Assembly (NCBI GenBank): GCA_001604405.1
Contig: LVBL01000017.1
Coordinates: forward strand, 3,364 to 67,363
DNA from: Spirochaetales bacterium Spiro_10
Lineage (GTDB): Bacteria; Spirochaetota; Spirochaetia; Treponematales; Treponemataceae
Length of the DNA stretch: 64,000 nt
Reading direction: 5' to 3'
Shown here piece by piece: positions 29,696-39,693 of the stretch (position 1 is its first letter; the number at the start of each line of letters is the position of its first letter). The notes beneath the pieces are model-generated. The model was not told the DNA's origin, did no database searches, and worked only from the letters and a program-made list of their open reading frames with translations. Both the position numbers and the translations under genes were made by a program.

Positions 29696-30357
29696 GAGAA
29701 ATCCTTTATGGTCCACCCGCGGCGCCGGGCGACGGCCCTGAGCCTGAAATCGGGATTTGCCGCGACGGGGCGCCCGATGATCTCGAGCAGGGGCAGGTCA
29801 TGCACGCTGTCCGAATAGAACGAACAGAGGCGGATGTCGACGCCGCTTCTGGAAAGAAAATCCCGGATGATCCGCCCCTTGAAACGGGAGAACACCGGAG
29901 CGCCGACAAGCTTGCCTTCGAAAACGCCGTCGGCGTACGAGAACTGCGTGGCGATGACGTCGGAGGGACTGAATCCGCAATGCCGCGCGAGCGGATACAC
30001 GGCCTCGAAAGGCGCCGAGGTCGCCATGATGACCCGGATGCCCTCGCTCCGCAATTGCTCGATCTCGCGCATCGCGCCGGGATAGATCCTTTTTTTGAGC
30101 CACTTCTCGAAGGCCGCGTCCGCTATGTCCTCGAGCGTCGCGCGGGATATCCCCCTCAGCTTCGGAAGGCTCACGCGGAACAGGCGCTCGACGCTGACGT
30201 TGGAGAGGCGGTAGAGCACGTACAGGACGGGGGCGGCCGCGAGATACCACCAGGCGATAATCCCGCGGCGGACGCATTCCAGCATGAAGAAGAGGCTCGT
30301 CGATACGCGCGAGATGGTGTGATCAACGTCGAAAAAGGCTATCGCCTCGCGTCTCAT
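29692..30357 (-). CDS. HAD-IB (SerB-like) hydrolase
   Basis: Start at MRREAIAFFDVDHTIS (DxDxT). ...IMATSAP..., ...YSDSVHDLPLL. Begins 2 nt after the kinase stop. Confidence 0.75.
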   Translation of the reverse strand: MRREAIAFFDVDHTISRVSTSLFFMLECVRRGIIAWWYLAAAPVLYVLYRLSNVSVERLFRVSLPKLRGISRATLEDIADAAFEKWLKKRIYPGAMREIEQLRSEGIRVIMATSAPFEAVYPLARHCGFSPSDVIATQFSYADGVFEGKLVGAPVFSRFKGRIIRDFLSRSGVDIRLCSFYSDSVHDLPLLEIIGRPVAANPDFRLRAVARRRGWTIKDFS

Positions 30358-30359
30358 GC

Positions 30360-30776
30360 TCACAGGATAATGCGAATGGAGCCCTTGAACAAGCCCTTTT
30401 TGTACGTCACGTTCCGGGCGATGTTGCGGCACATCAACAGGCCGAGGCCGCGGTATCTTCGGGAACCGCGGTCGTAGTACGGCCTCGCGGAACCGTGCGC
30501 CTCCACCATGCGGCCGAAGGTTTCCGAACGGTAGGAAATCAGTATCCTCACCTGACCCGCGTCGCCGCGCGCGCGGCCGCGCGATATCCTGACCGACACG
30601 AGTGAGCCGGGCGGGCACTTCCCGTGCATGACGATGTTGTCGAAGTATTCGGTTACGACGATAAGAGCGCGGTTCCTCTCTCCTCCTTCCAGCAACGGAC
30701 AGGACAGGACGAACCGCTCGAGGGCATCAAGGCTGGCGAAGTCCGGCGCGACGCGCGCTCGACAGGGCCGAGGCAT
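30360..30776 (-). CDS. RsbW/SpoIIAB-like anti-sigma-type serine kinase (HATPase_c_2-like)
   Basis: 138 aa. N-box-like TEYFDNIVMHG and G2-like YRGLGLLMCRNIA. The expected DxGxG (G1) position reads ISYRSETFG. Confidence 0.6.
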   Translation of the reverse strand: MPRPCRARVAPDFASLDALERFVLSCPLLEGGERNRALIVVTEYFDNIVMHGKCPPGSLVSVRISRGRARGDAGQVRILISYRSETFGRMVEAHGSARPYYDRGSRRYRGLGLLMCRNIARNVTYKKGLFKGSIRIIL

Positions 30777-30782
30777 GCGGGT

Positions 30783-31109
30783 TTATACGACTTCGGTAAG
30801 CGAGTAAATGACGGTAAACATCTCGTTGAAGCCCGTGGACTCGATCGCGAGACGCACCACCTCGGAAGGCTTCATCACGTAGAGTTTGTTGCCGACCGAC
30901 TCGCCGTCGTCGAGGGCCGCCATCAGGACGCCGAGACCGGAGGAAGAAAGGTTCACGACGCGCGAAAGGTCCAGTACGAGGTTCGTCTCCTTGATTAACG
31001 AGTAGACCTTCTCCTGGAATTCCGTGTAGGTGTAGGAGTTGATCGTTCCGGACACCTCGAGGAGCGCGTAGTTGGGGCCGCTCTTTTCGACGATCGATAT
31101 GCTTTCCAT
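30783..31109 (-). CDS. STAS-domain anti-anti-sigma-type protein
   Basis: 108 aa. LDLSRVVNLSSSGLGVLMAAL carries the conserved phosphorylatable Ser context (DLS...SSGLG). Confidence 0.8.
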   Translation of the reverse strand: MESISIVEKSGPNYALLEVSGTINSYTYTEFQEKVYSLIKETNLVLDLSRVVNLSSSGLGVLMAALDDGESVGNKLYVMKPSEVVRLAIESTGFNEMFTVIYSLTEVV

Positions 31110-31121
31110 GAAATCTTCCCC

Positions 31122-33257
31122 TTATTTGCCCAGATATTTTACGACGAGCACCGTTATGTCGTCTTCAAGCTCGCGCGAGACGAACTCCCCGAGGTTGTCG
31201 CACAGGAATTTCGCCATGCGCGACGCCGGGTACGAGCGGTTGTCCATCAGATGCCGCTGTACGCGGTCCTTGCCGAACCGCTCCCCGCGGAGGTTCGTTG
31301 CGTCAATGAGTCCGTCTGTCGTCATGAGGAGGATGTCCTGCGGGTTCAGCGCGATCTTTTTCACCTTGAGATACTTGCCGACGTCGCGCACGAAGCCGAG
31401 CACGCGCCCGTCGCCCTGGATCTCTATCGCGTTGTTGTACGCCGCCGTATAGAGGAACATCGCGGGGACGCCGCAGTTGAGGTAATACATGACGTTGGAA
31501 GAGAAATCGAGGAGGCCGAACACGCCGGCGAAGAAGGTTCCCTTGGGAAGGTTGTTCTTGATGAAAAGGTTGACCTTGACGACGAGCTGCTTGAAGTCCT
31601 TCGTCTCGGTCAGGAAGGTCCGGAGAACCGACTTGAGGATGACCATGGACATGCTCGCGTTCAGGCCCTTGCCCGAAACGTCGCCCATGACGTACAGGTA
31701 TTTGTCCTCGCCGAGCTTGATGAAGTCGATGAAGTCGCCGCCGAGCTTTCTCGCGGAACGCGTGATGAAGTCGACGTCGATCTTCTCGTGCTCGATCCGG
31801 TCGATGTTCTCCTGTATTGAGGTGATTATCTGTCCCGAGAACTCGATCTCCCGGTCGACCGTAAGCACGACCGACTCGTTCGCGATGTTCTTCAGGTAGT
31901 ACATGACGAGGAAGAAGTTGGAGTACAGCTTCGAGAGAACGGTGTAGTCGTAGTCGGTGAAGTCGGCGCCGCGCTTCTTCGCCCCGAGCAGGATGATGCC
32001 GACGACGCGGTGGCCTTCCCGAAGGAGGATGAACGCGTCCGAGTGGCCGATGTCGAAGATCTTGAGGAGGTTCGCCTTCACGTCCGCGTAAATGTGGTTC
32101 GTGATTGCCTGGGTCTTGAGCACGATTGACTCGCTGTGCCCGAGGAGGAAATCGATCGCCTTGTTCTCGGCGATGACAAGCTCGTTCTTCGCTCCCAGCG
32201 AGGAGAACACGGTAACGAGCTTTCCCTTGTCGTCGGAAACCATGATCTCCACGGAGGAGCACTCGACGTACTGCTCGAGCAGCGTGACGGTTTTCTGGAT
32301 GACGACGTCGCCCCCCGAGGCGTAATCGATGGAATCCAGCCCGGCCTCGAGTTCCGTCTCGTAGTCGCTTCCGACCCGCACGTAGCGCCGCAGGCGCTTC
32401 CGCGCGATCTCGCGAAGGAAAAGCATGGCGACCGCGAGAAGGACCAGCGAGGCGACGAGCAGGGGCCGCGACTTGACGACGGCGATAAGCGCCGCGGCCG
32501 CGAAACCCGTTGCCATGCTGAACACGAGGTTGAGGACGGTGAAGTTGATGGCGGTCGCCGTAGCGAGGGCGCGGTCGAAGAGGGTCGTGACCGATTCCGA
32601 CTGGTAAACCATGACGAGCATGACCGCGAGCCCGAACGGCACGAGCGGCAGGGCCCAGACGTACGCAAGGGAGAGGGTGTACAGGGCGTAGGAAACGGCG
32701 AGACCGGAACACACCGACACCGCGACGAAGACGAGACGTTGCCGGAAGATGCGGCTCCGTATGCCCACCGCGCGGGAAAGGAGCGTCAGGACGGTAAGCC
32801 CCGGCAGGCCGAGCACGAACACGGCCGCATACAGGAAGAGACCGTCGCCGAGCGCGTAAAAATCGGTTGACGTTATGAAATAGCGCCCGTCGACGGTCCC
32901 GAGCGTCACGCCCTCGATCGACACGAACGAAAGATAGGCCGCGAACAGAACAAGAAGGACGCCGAAGAACCTCGCGAGCGAGTGCTTGGCGAAATACGGC
33001 ACGGTAAGGGAGTAGCGGAAGAGCGCCACCGACGACATAGAGAAGGCGATGAGGCACAGCCTGAACGAAAGGAGGCTGAGCGTGGGGTTCCTCGTGTACA
33101 GGAGCGTCGCGGAGACGCCCGCGAAGAAGGCGGTAAACGCTGACGTCATCGAGAGCGCCGTCAGCAGGTTGTTCTGCTTCTCGGACCGCGAGTCGAGGTA
33201 GTACGAGAAGGCGAACAGGAAGGCCGCAAGGATATAGCTGAAAATGAGCATGCTCAT
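31122..33257 (-). CDS. membrane PP2C (SpoIIE/RsbU-family) phosphatase with multi-TM N-terminus and GAF-like middle region
   Basis: 711 aa, about 8 predicted TM segments. C-terminal motifs YVMGDVSGKGLNASMSM and LLMTTDGLIDA. Confidence 0.8.
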   Translation of the reverse strand: MSMLIFSYILAAFLFAFSYYLDSRSEKQNNLLTALSMTSAFTAFFAGVSATLLYTRNPTLSLLSFRLCLIAFSMSSVALFRYSLTVPYFAKHSLARFFGVLLVLFAAYLSFVSIEGVTLGTVDGRYFITSTDFYALGDGLFLYAAVFVLGLPGLTVLTLLSRAVGIRSRIFRQRLVFVAVSVCSGLAVSYALYTLSLAYVWALPLVPFGLAVMLVMVYQSESVTTLFDRALATATAINFTVLNLVFSMATGFAAAALIAVVKSRPLLVASLVLLAVAMLFLREIARKRLRRYVRVGSDYETELEAGLDSIDYASGGDVVIQKTVTLLEQYVECSSVEIMVSDDKGKLVTVFSSLGAKNELVIAENKAIDFLLGHSESIVLKTQAITNHIYADVKANLLKIFDIGHSDAFILLREGHRVVGIILLGAKKRGADFTDYDYTVLSKLYSNFFLVMYYLKNIANESVVLTVDREIEFSGQIITSIQENIDRIEHEKIDVDFITRSARKLGGDFIDFIKLGEDKYLYVMGDVSGKGLNASMSMVILKSVLRTFLTETKDFKQLVVKVNLFIKNNLPKGTFFAGVFGLLDFSSNVMYYLNCGVPAMFLYTAAYNNAIEIQGDGRVLGFVRDVGKYLKVKKIALNPQDILLMTTDGLIDATNLRGERFGKDRVQRHLMDNRSYPASRMAKFLCDNLGEFVSRELEDDITVLVVKYLGK

Positions 33258-33259
33258 GA

Positions 33260-34642
33260 TTACTCCTCGATCTTTGCGACGAGCATCGTCACGTCGTCGC
33301 GAAGTTTCTTGTCGCCGTTATACTCAAGGACCAGGTCCGCGATGTCGCCGATAAAATGCTTGGCGCTCTTGTGCGCGCTGTTCTTCACGGTATTCATGTA
33401 CAGTTCGGTGTCCCCGAGTTCGACGCCCGTCTCGTCCATGACCTCCGACACGCCGTCCGAGGCCATGAGCACCACGTCGCCGCGGTACAGGGGCGCTTCC
33501 TCCTGCGTTATGTCGTCGAGGTCGATGATGCCGACGAGACTGCAGTTCGACTGGAGCGGCTTGATCTTGTAACCGCCGGGCGCGCGGGTGATGATGATGG
33601 GATCGGCCATGGAGGCGTTTACGTAGCGGATCTTCATCACCTTCGTGTCGACGATTCCTATGAACAGGACGGCGTACTTGTCCTGGAGACGCATCGACTT
33701 GATAGCGGTGTCGATCGCCCGTACGACTCCGGGAAGGTCTTCCTTGTTCTCGATGATCTTGACCGTGTTCATGATGACGCCCATGATGAGCGCCGAGGCG
33801 AGACCCTTGCCGGAAACGTCGCCGAGAAGGAAGAACGTCCGGTGCTCGTCGAGCGGTATGACGTCGTAGAAGTCGCCCGAGACGTTGACGAGCGGCCTGA
33901 AATACGCGGCGATGTCGAGCTTCGGTATCTCCGGCATCTTCTGGGGCAAGAAGGAAACCTGCGTCTCAGCGACCATGTCCCATTCCTTCGAAAGTTCGGA
34001 TATGGCGGTGAGCTGGGTAATAGTCTTGGTGCGTTTCTGGAAGTTCGCGAATTCGTACAGCATGTTCTGGAACACGCTCTTCTCGAATACCTTCATGTAC
34101 CTGCACAGGACGTAGAAGTGCAACTTCTCGTATACGAGGAAAAAACCGCGCGCGCGCGAAAAGTCGGACACGAGGCCGAGCTCCTCGTCGATGAGGTAGA
34201 ATCCCTCGGGCCAGGTGTCCGAGAAGTTCCGTGAAAGGACCTCCAGGGTCTCGGGATCGGTGGCAACCCGCGTGGGGCTGTTGTACACGACGTAGGAATT
34301 CTCCGCGTTGACGTACAGGACCGAGCAGTCGGCCTCGTGCTCGAGAACGGTCTGCACGGCGTCGATCAGGTCTTCCACCGTGTACGAAAACCTGAGCCGG
34401 TCGGTGAAATTGACCATGAGCCGGCTGTCGCGGACCTTGAAGGCGCGAAACTCGAGCCTGCCCCACACCTCGCGGGTCACGAGCGACGAGGAGGTCGCCG
34501 CCACGAAAAACATGATGGCGGCCGTGATCATGCGCCCGCCGAACGCGAATTGCGGGATTATTATGAACATGAAAAAGGAAAACACGAGCCCGACACCGGT
34601 ATCGATAGCCAGTTTCGCGAGTCGCTTTCTGGATTGAATCAT
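33260..34642 (-). CDS. membrane PP2C (SpoIIE-family) phosphatase
   Basis: 460 aa, two N-terminal TM segments and an unassigned middle domain. FLLGDVSGKGLASALIMG and VLMASDGVSE motifs. Confidence 0.8.
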   Translation of the reverse strand: MIQSRKRLAKLAIDTGVGLVFSFFMFIIIPQFAFGGRMITAAIMFFVAATSSSLVTREVWGRLEFRAFKVRDSRLMVNFTDRLRFSYTVEDLIDAVQTVLEHEADCSVLYVNAENSYVVYNSPTRVATDPETLEVLSRNFSDTWPEGFYLIDEELGLVSDFSRARGFFLVYEKLHFYVLCRYMKVFEKSVFQNMLYEFANFQKRTKTITQLTAISELSKEWDMVAETQVSFLPQKMPEIPKLDIAAYFRPLVNVSGDFYDVIPLDEHRTFFLLGDVSGKGLASALIMGVIMNTVKIIENKEDLPGVVRAIDTAIKSMRLQDKYAVLFIGIVDTKVMKIRYVNASMADPIIITRAPGGYKIKPLQSNCSLVGIIDLDDITQEEAPLYRGDVVLMASDGVSEVMDETGVELGDTELYMNTVKNSAHKSAKHFIGDIADLVLEYNGDKKLRDDVTMLVAKIEE

Positions 34643-34784
34643 CCTGCTGCACCTCTTCGGAGAATCAAATTAATCACACCTCGGGAAAAACCCGCCGGGT
34701 CCGTCCCGACACGCGCCTGAAGGCTCGTGTCCAGCACTAAATTGTACCACATTTGGAGAGATTTGGGGTAAGAAAACGAATGGC

Positions 34785-35927
34785 CTAGCCCTGGAGGTCG
34801 GCGAGTGGCACGGGATTCGGGTTCGCGTTCTCGCCCTCGAGGCGGGAAACCTCCTCAAGGAGGCTTTTTGCCTTGGCGGAGAGCTTCGTGGGAACCTGGA
34901 CGAGCAGTTTGATATAGAGGTCGCCCTTCTTCCCGTTCGCCACCGGAACGCCCTCGTCCCGGACCCGAAGAAGCTTCCCGCTTTGCGCGCCCGAGGGGAT
35001 CTTGATCCTCAGCTGTTTCTCGTCGAGGGAGGTTACGGTAATCTCCGCGCCGAGCGCGGCCTGGGTGATGGATATGGGGATCGCGCAATACAGGTCCGCG
35101 CCGGCGCGCTCGAACCAGGGGTGGCCCTTGACGCGCAGGAATACCACGAGGTCCCCGTACGGGCCGCCGTTGGGGCCGGCGTCGCCCTGCCTCGGGATGG
35201 TTATGCGTTTTCCGTCCTCGACGCCCGCGGGTATCGTGACGAGAATCTTCTGCCTCTTCTTCTGCACGCCCGACCCCCCGCACTCGCGGCAGGGATTCTC
35301 GATGATCGTGCCCTCGCCGTGGCAGGAGGGACACGGCGACGCGATGGAAAAGAAGCCGGAACTGTGGCGTACCTGACCCGCGCCCTGGCATGTCGGGCAC
35401 GTCTTGCGTCCCGAACCGCCCGAGGCCCCGGAACCCTTGCACGCGGCGCAGGATTCGTTTCTGGAATACTGGACTTCCGACTTGGAGCCGTACACGGCGT
35501 CCTTGAAATTGATCTGAAGGTCGTACCGGAGGCTCGCGCCCTGCGCCGGGCCGCCGCGGCCGCCGGACCTGCGCCGCGATCCGCCGCCTCCTCCGCCGAA
35601 GAGATTCTCGAATATGCCGGAGAAATCGCCGAAGATGTCCTCAAAGCCCTGGAAGGCGCTCGGATCGAAGCCGCCCGGACCGCCGGGTCCGCCCATGCCC
35701 TCGAGGCCCGCATGGCCGTACTGATCGTAAATCTGGCGCTTCTGGTCGTCCGAAAGGACCTCGTAGGCCTCGGTCGCTTCCTTGAATTTTTCCTCGGCCG
35801 CGTGATCCCCGGGATTCTTGTCCGGATGGTATTGTATCGCGAGTTTTCGGTAGCCCTTTTTGATGTCGTCTTTCGACGCGTTTTTCTGAACGCCGAGAAC
35901 TTCGTAATAATCTCTTTTCGCTGCCAC
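34785..35927 (-). CDS. dnaJ: molecular chaperone DnaJ
   Basis: J-domain DYYEVLGV...[11 protein letters not shown] region, four CxxCxGxG zinc motifs. Confidence 0.97.
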   Translation of the reverse strand: MAAKRDYYEVLGVQKNASKDDIKKGYRKLAIQYHPDKNPGDHAAEEKFKEATEAYEVLSDDQKRQIYDQYGHAGLEGMGGPGGPGGFDPSAFQGFEDIFGDFSGIFENLFGGGGGGSRRRSGGRGGPAQGASLRYDLQINFKDAVYGSKSEVQYSRNESCAACKGSGASGGSGRKTCPTCQGAGQVRHSSGFFSIASPCPSCHGEGTIIENPCRECGGSGVQKKRQKILVTIPAGVEDGKRITIPRQGDAGPNGGPYGDLVVFLRVKGHPWFERAGADLYCAIPISITQAALGAEITVTSLDEKQLRIKIPSGAQSGKLLRVRDEGVPVANGKKGDLYIKLLVQVPTKLSAKAKSLLEEVSRLEGENANPNPVPLADLQG

Positions 35928-35962
35928 GGGGAACTCCAGACACTTGGGGATATGCCGAACTA

Positions 35963-36038
35963 TACGCTAAAAAATCCGGAACGTCGAGAACGCCGGGGAC
36001 CGAAGTCCCCGCATGCGCGTTCCCCGCCCCGGATTTTT
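35963..36038 (-). terminator. long imperfect hairpin with flanking T/A runs between dnaK and dnaJ (partial terminator or processing site)
   Basis: AAAAATCCGG...GAACGC-C-GGGGAC-CGAA-GTCCCC...GCGTTC...CCGGATTTTT. On the coding (minus) strand the stem is followed by TTTTTT. Confidence 0.5.
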
Positions 36039-36059
36039 GCGTCGGTCGTCCGGCGTTGA

Positions 36060-38015
36060 TTACTTCTTGTCGTCGTCGTTCACGACCTCGTAGTCGACGT
36101 CGTCGGCCGAACCCTTGTTCGGGCCGCTCGCGCCCGCGCCGGCAAAGCCGCCCGCGTTCGCGCCGCCCATATCGGGGCCCGCTCCCGCGGAGGCGTCGCC
36201 GCCTTGCTGGGCGCCCTGCTGCTTGTACATCTCCTCGGCGATCTTGTACGAGGCCTGCTTGAGTTCCTCGGTCTTTGCCCTGATCTGGGCGACGTCGCCC
36301 GACTCGAGCTCCTTCCTGAGGGCCGCGACGGCCGACTCGATGTTCTGCTTGTCGGACGCGCCCACCTTGTCGCCCATGTCCTTGAGCGCCTTTTCGGTCG
36401 AGTAGATCATGGAGTCGGCCTCGTTCCGGGCCTCTACCTTCTCGCGCTCGGCCTTGTCGGCGGCCGCGTTCGCCTCGGCTTCCTTGACCATGCGGTCTAT
36501 CTCGCTCTCGGATAGCCCCGAGGAGCTCTCGATGCGGATCTTCTGTTCCTTGCCGGTGCCGAGGTCCTTGGCCGCGACGTGCACGATGCCGTTCGCGTCG
36601 ATGTCGAAGGTTACCTCGATCTGGGGCACGCCGCGCGGCGCGGGGGGAATGCCGACGAGGTCGAACTTCCCGAGGGTCCGGTTCTGTCCAGCCATCTCGC
36701 GCTCTCCCTGGAGAACGTGGATCGACACGGCGGTCTGGCCGTCCGCGGCCGTGGAGAACACCTGGCTCTTGCGGGTCGGGATGGTCGTATTGCGGTTGAT
36801 GAGGCGCGTGAACACGCCGCCCATCGTCTCGATACCGAGCGAGAGCGGGGTAACGTCGAGAAGGAGCACGTCCTTGACGTCGCCGCCGAGGATTCCGCCC
36901 TGGATGGCCGCGCCCACGGCAACGGCCTCGTCGGGGTTGACGCCCTTCGATCCTTCCTTGCCGAAGAGCTCCTTGACGATCTGCAACACCTTGGGCATGC
37001 GGGTCGAGCCGCCGACGAGGAGCACCTCGTCGATCTGGTCGACGGTGATCCCGGCGTCCTTGACCGCCTTGCGGCACGGTTCCTTGGTGCGCTCGAAGAG
37101 GTCGTCGGTCATCTGCTCGAACTTGGCGCGCGAAAGGCTCTTCTGGAGATGCTTGGGTCCGGAGGCGTCAGCGGTGATGAACGGGAGGTTGATCTCGGCA
37201 TTCGCGACGGCGGAAAGCTCGATCTTCGCCTTCTCGGCGGCCTCGCGGAGGCGCTGGAGGGCCATGCGGTCCTGGGAAAGGTCGATGCCGGTGTCGCCCT
37301 TGAATTCGTCGACGAGCCAGTTCATGATGCGCCTGTCCCAGTCGTCGCCTCCGAGGTGGGTGTCGCCGTTGGTCGACTTGACCTCGAAGACGCCGTCTCC
37401 GAGCTCGAGTATCGAGATATCGAAGGTACCGCCGCCGAGGTCGTACACGGCGATGGTCTTTTCCTTCTTGGAGTCCTTGTTGAAACCGAAGGCGAGCGAG
37501 GCCGCGGTCGGCTCGTTGATGATGCGCTTCACCTCGAGGCCGGCGATCTTGCCGGCGTCCTTGGTGGCCTGCCTCTGGGCGTCGTTGAAGTACGCGGGCA
37601 CGGTGATGACGGCCTCGGTGACCTCCTCGCCGAGGTAGTCCTCCGCGGTCTTCTTCATTTTCTGGAGGATGAAGGCGCTGATCTCCTGGGCGGAATAGAG
37701 CTTGCCGTCGATGTCCACGCGGACGTCGTCTCCCTGCGGGACGACCTTGTAGGGCACGAGCTTCGCCTCGCCGGTGAGCTCCCCGTAGCGGTGACCGATA
37801 AACCGCTTGATCGAGTAGACGGTCTTGTCGGGGTTGGTGATCATCTGGTTCTTGGCGGGCTGGCCGACGACGCGCTCGCCCTTGGCGGTGAATCCCACGA
37901 TTGACGGGGTGGTCCGTCCGCCTTCCGCGTTCTGGATTACGACGGGTTCCCCGCCTTCCATGACCGCGACGCACGAATTAGTCGTTCCAAGGTCGATTCC
38001 GATTATTTTTCCCAT
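36060..38015 (-). CDS. dnaK: molecular chaperone DnaK
   Basis: [22 protein letters not shown]...[12 protein letters not shown]..., 651 aa. Confidence 0.98.
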   Translation of the reverse strand: MGKIIGIDLGTTNSCVAVMEGGEPVVIQNAEGGRTTPSIVGFTAKGERVVGQPAKNQMITNPDKTVYSIKRFIGHRYGELTGEAKLVPYKVVPQGDDVRVDIDGKLYSAQEISAFILQKMKKTAEDYLGEEVTEAVITVPAYFNDAQRQATKDAGKIAGLEVKRIINEPTAASLAFGFNKDSKKEKTIAVYDLGGGTFDISILELGDGVFEVKSTNGDTHLGGDDWDRRIMNWLVDEFKGDTGIDLSQDRMALQRLREAAEKAKIELSAVANAEINLPFITADASGPKHLQKSLSRAKFEQMTDDLFERTKEPCRKAVKDAGITVDQIDEVLLVGGSTRMPKVLQIVKELFGKEGSKGVNPDEAVAVGAAIQGGILGGDVKDVLLLDVTPLSLGIETMGGVFTRLINRNTTIPTRKSQVFSTAADGQTAVSIHVLQGEREMAGQNRTLGKFDLVGIPPAPRGVPQIEVTFDIDANGIVHVAAKDLGTGKEQKIRIESSSGLSESEIDRMVKEAEANAAADKAEREKVEARNEADSMIYSTEKALKDMGDKVGASDKQNIESAVAALRKELESGDVAQIRAKTEELKQASYKIAEEMYKQQGAQQGGDASAGAGPDMGGANAGGFAGAGASGPNKGSADDVDYEVVNDDDKK

Positions 38016-38040
38016 AGTATCAAGTCTCCTTTATCGTCTG

Positions 38041-38727
38041 TCACTGCCCGTTCGCGGCAGGGGTATGCACCATAACCTTCGAGTGCCGGATGATCCGGTC
38101 ACGAAGCTTGTAGCCCTTCACGTACTCCTCGGCTACGGTCGCCTCGGTCACGTCGGGCGAGGGGGCGGTCGCTATCGCCTCGTGGAAGTTCGGGTCGAAG
38201 GCCGCTCCCTTGGCCGGATAATACGTCAGCGAATACTTGCTCTCGAGCATGCTCGCCATCTGGTTTCGTATCATGACGACGCCGTTGGCCAAGGCCGCCG
38301 CGGGAGACCCCTCCTCGTGCGCGCCGCCGGCGTCGATCGCCCGGTCAAAATCGTCCAAAACCTGGACGAGATCCGCCAAAAGGGAGGCATTGGCGTAGTC
38401 TATCGCCTCCTGCTTCTCGCGAATCATCCGCTTGCGGTAATTGTCAAAATCCGCGGCCTTTCGGAGATACTGGTCCTGAAGGTCCGCGTTAAGCCGTTCC
38501 AGCTCGGAAATCCGGTCGGACATGCTGGCCATTCCCGGTTCGGAGGCGGTGTCCTTGCCCGGTTCCGCGGCGGTTTTTCCCTCTTCCGCTCCCTGTTTCC
38601 CCGAATCGGCCGCCGAGGCCGTCCGTTCCGCCGCGTCCTGGGCGGTTTCTTTCCCGGAATCCGATCCCGAAGTAGTCGAATCCGATGCCGCTTCGTGTTG
38701 TGATTCCTGTTCGGCGTGCTTTTTCAT
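38041..38727 (-). CDS. grpE: nucleotide exchange factor GrpE
   Basis: Acidic and Ser-rich N-terminus, then LQDQYLRKAADFDNYRKR..., C-terminal GYKLRDRIIRHSKVMV. Confidence 0.92.
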   Translation of the reverse strand: MKKHAEQESQHEAASDSTTSGSDSGKETAQDAAERTASAADSGKQGAEEGKTAAEPGKDTASEPGMASMSDRISELERLNADLQDQYLRKAADFDNYRKRMIREKQEAIDYANASLLADLVQVLDDFDRAIDAGGAHEEGSPAAALANGVVMIRNQMASMLESKYSLTYYPAKGAAFDPNFHEAIATAPSPDVTEATVAEEYVKGYKLRDRIIRHSKVMVHTPAANGQ

Positions 38728-38792
38728 CGTTTATCCTCAAAAAAAAGATACTGATTTGGCCTACCGGCGGTCAACTGAAAAACCGATCCGGT

Positions 38793-39611
38793 TCATTTCG
38801 CGTCGTTGGCGCCAAAAATGAGGTTCCAGGCGACCGTCCCCGGCCGCGGAACGTTTGGCAGCGCGTCACGGGGAAACCACCGGGCTTCCAGGATCTCGAC
38901 CGGATCCACCCGGATCTCGCCCGAGTCCCAGTCCGCCCGGAAGGCGACCATCAACTGGTCGGGATACGGCCACCCCTGGCTTCCCGCGTACCGGACGTTT
39001 TTCACGCGAAGCGAGGTTTCTTCATATACTTCGCGCGCGACGCATTCCTCGAGGGTTTCACCGTGCTCGACGTAGCCCGCGATGCAGGAAAAGACGTCCT
39101 GGTTCCGGTCCGTATGGCGGGCCAGCAGCAGCTCGTCACCCTTCGTCACGAGCACGATGACGCAGGGCGATATCCGCGGGTATACGGAAACCCCGCACGC
39201 GCCGCACGTTCTGGCGCAGTCGGTTGTATGGTCCGAAAGCGGCCCCCCGCACCTGCCGCAAAACCGCGTCGCGGAGTGCCAGTTGACGAGACCGAGCGCG
39301 CGCGTCGCGGGCGCGGCAAGCCGTCGAAGCGCGGGGTCGTCGGAGGCGAGGATCTCGCGGAGCCGCATCCACGTTCCGCGGCCCCCGGCGTTGACCGGGA
39401 TTTCGCCGCTCACCGAGGCCGAAACGACCGAGGAGACGGGCGCGGAGCCCTCAAGCAGGACCACCCGGGCATTCTCGTCCGCCAGGCGCGCGTCGAGGGT
39501 ATCAAGAACCGTCGAGCCCGGGATTTCGGGAAATTGCCGGGGCAACGTGGTATCATCAAGGAGAAAGAGCTCTCCCGACCTGAAAACGTAATAGACTTGC
39601 GGGGTTTGCAT
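38793..39611 (-). CDS. nudC: NAD+ diphosphatase (NudC-type NUDIX hydrolase)
   Basis: Zinc ribbon CGRCGG...CGACG. NUDIX box GYVEHGETLEECVAREVYEETSL. SQGWPYP motif. Start at MQTPQVYYVF. Confidence 0.8.
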   Translation of the reverse strand: MQTPQVYYVFRSGELFLLDDTTLPRQFPEIPGSTVLDTLDARLADENARVVLLEGSAPVSSVVSASVSGEIPVNAGGRGTWMRLREILASDDPALRRLAAPATRALGLVNWHSATRFCGRCGGPLSDHTTDCARTCGACGVSVYPRISPCVIVLVTKGDELLLARHTDRNQDVFSCIAGYVEHGETLEECVAREVYEETSLRVKNVRYAGSQGWPYPDQLMVAFRADWDSGEIRVDPVEILEARWFPRDALPNVPRPGTVAWNLIFGANDAK

Positions 39612-39693
39612 GGCGATCTCGCTACAATATATTGAATTCCCGGGCAGGATACAACAGGTCGGGAATGCGGGGCTCGATAATAAAGGAGCAAAC

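Noticed and set aside
34643-34784. Possible attenuator (CCCGGCGGG hairpin plus TTTTT) between a TGgTACAAT extended -10 and the first PP2C gene
   Set aside because: The stem is only 3-4 bp and the -35 is poor. This is indistinguishable from chance without folding energies or TSS data. It may simply be the dnaJ terminator region.
38728-38792. Expected hrcA gene or CIRCE operator (TTAGCACTC-N9-GAGTGCTAA) upstream of grpE
   Set aside because: I read both strands of the 65-nt gap and the neighbouring nudC 3' region and found no match or near-match. The upstream gene is nudC, not hrcA.
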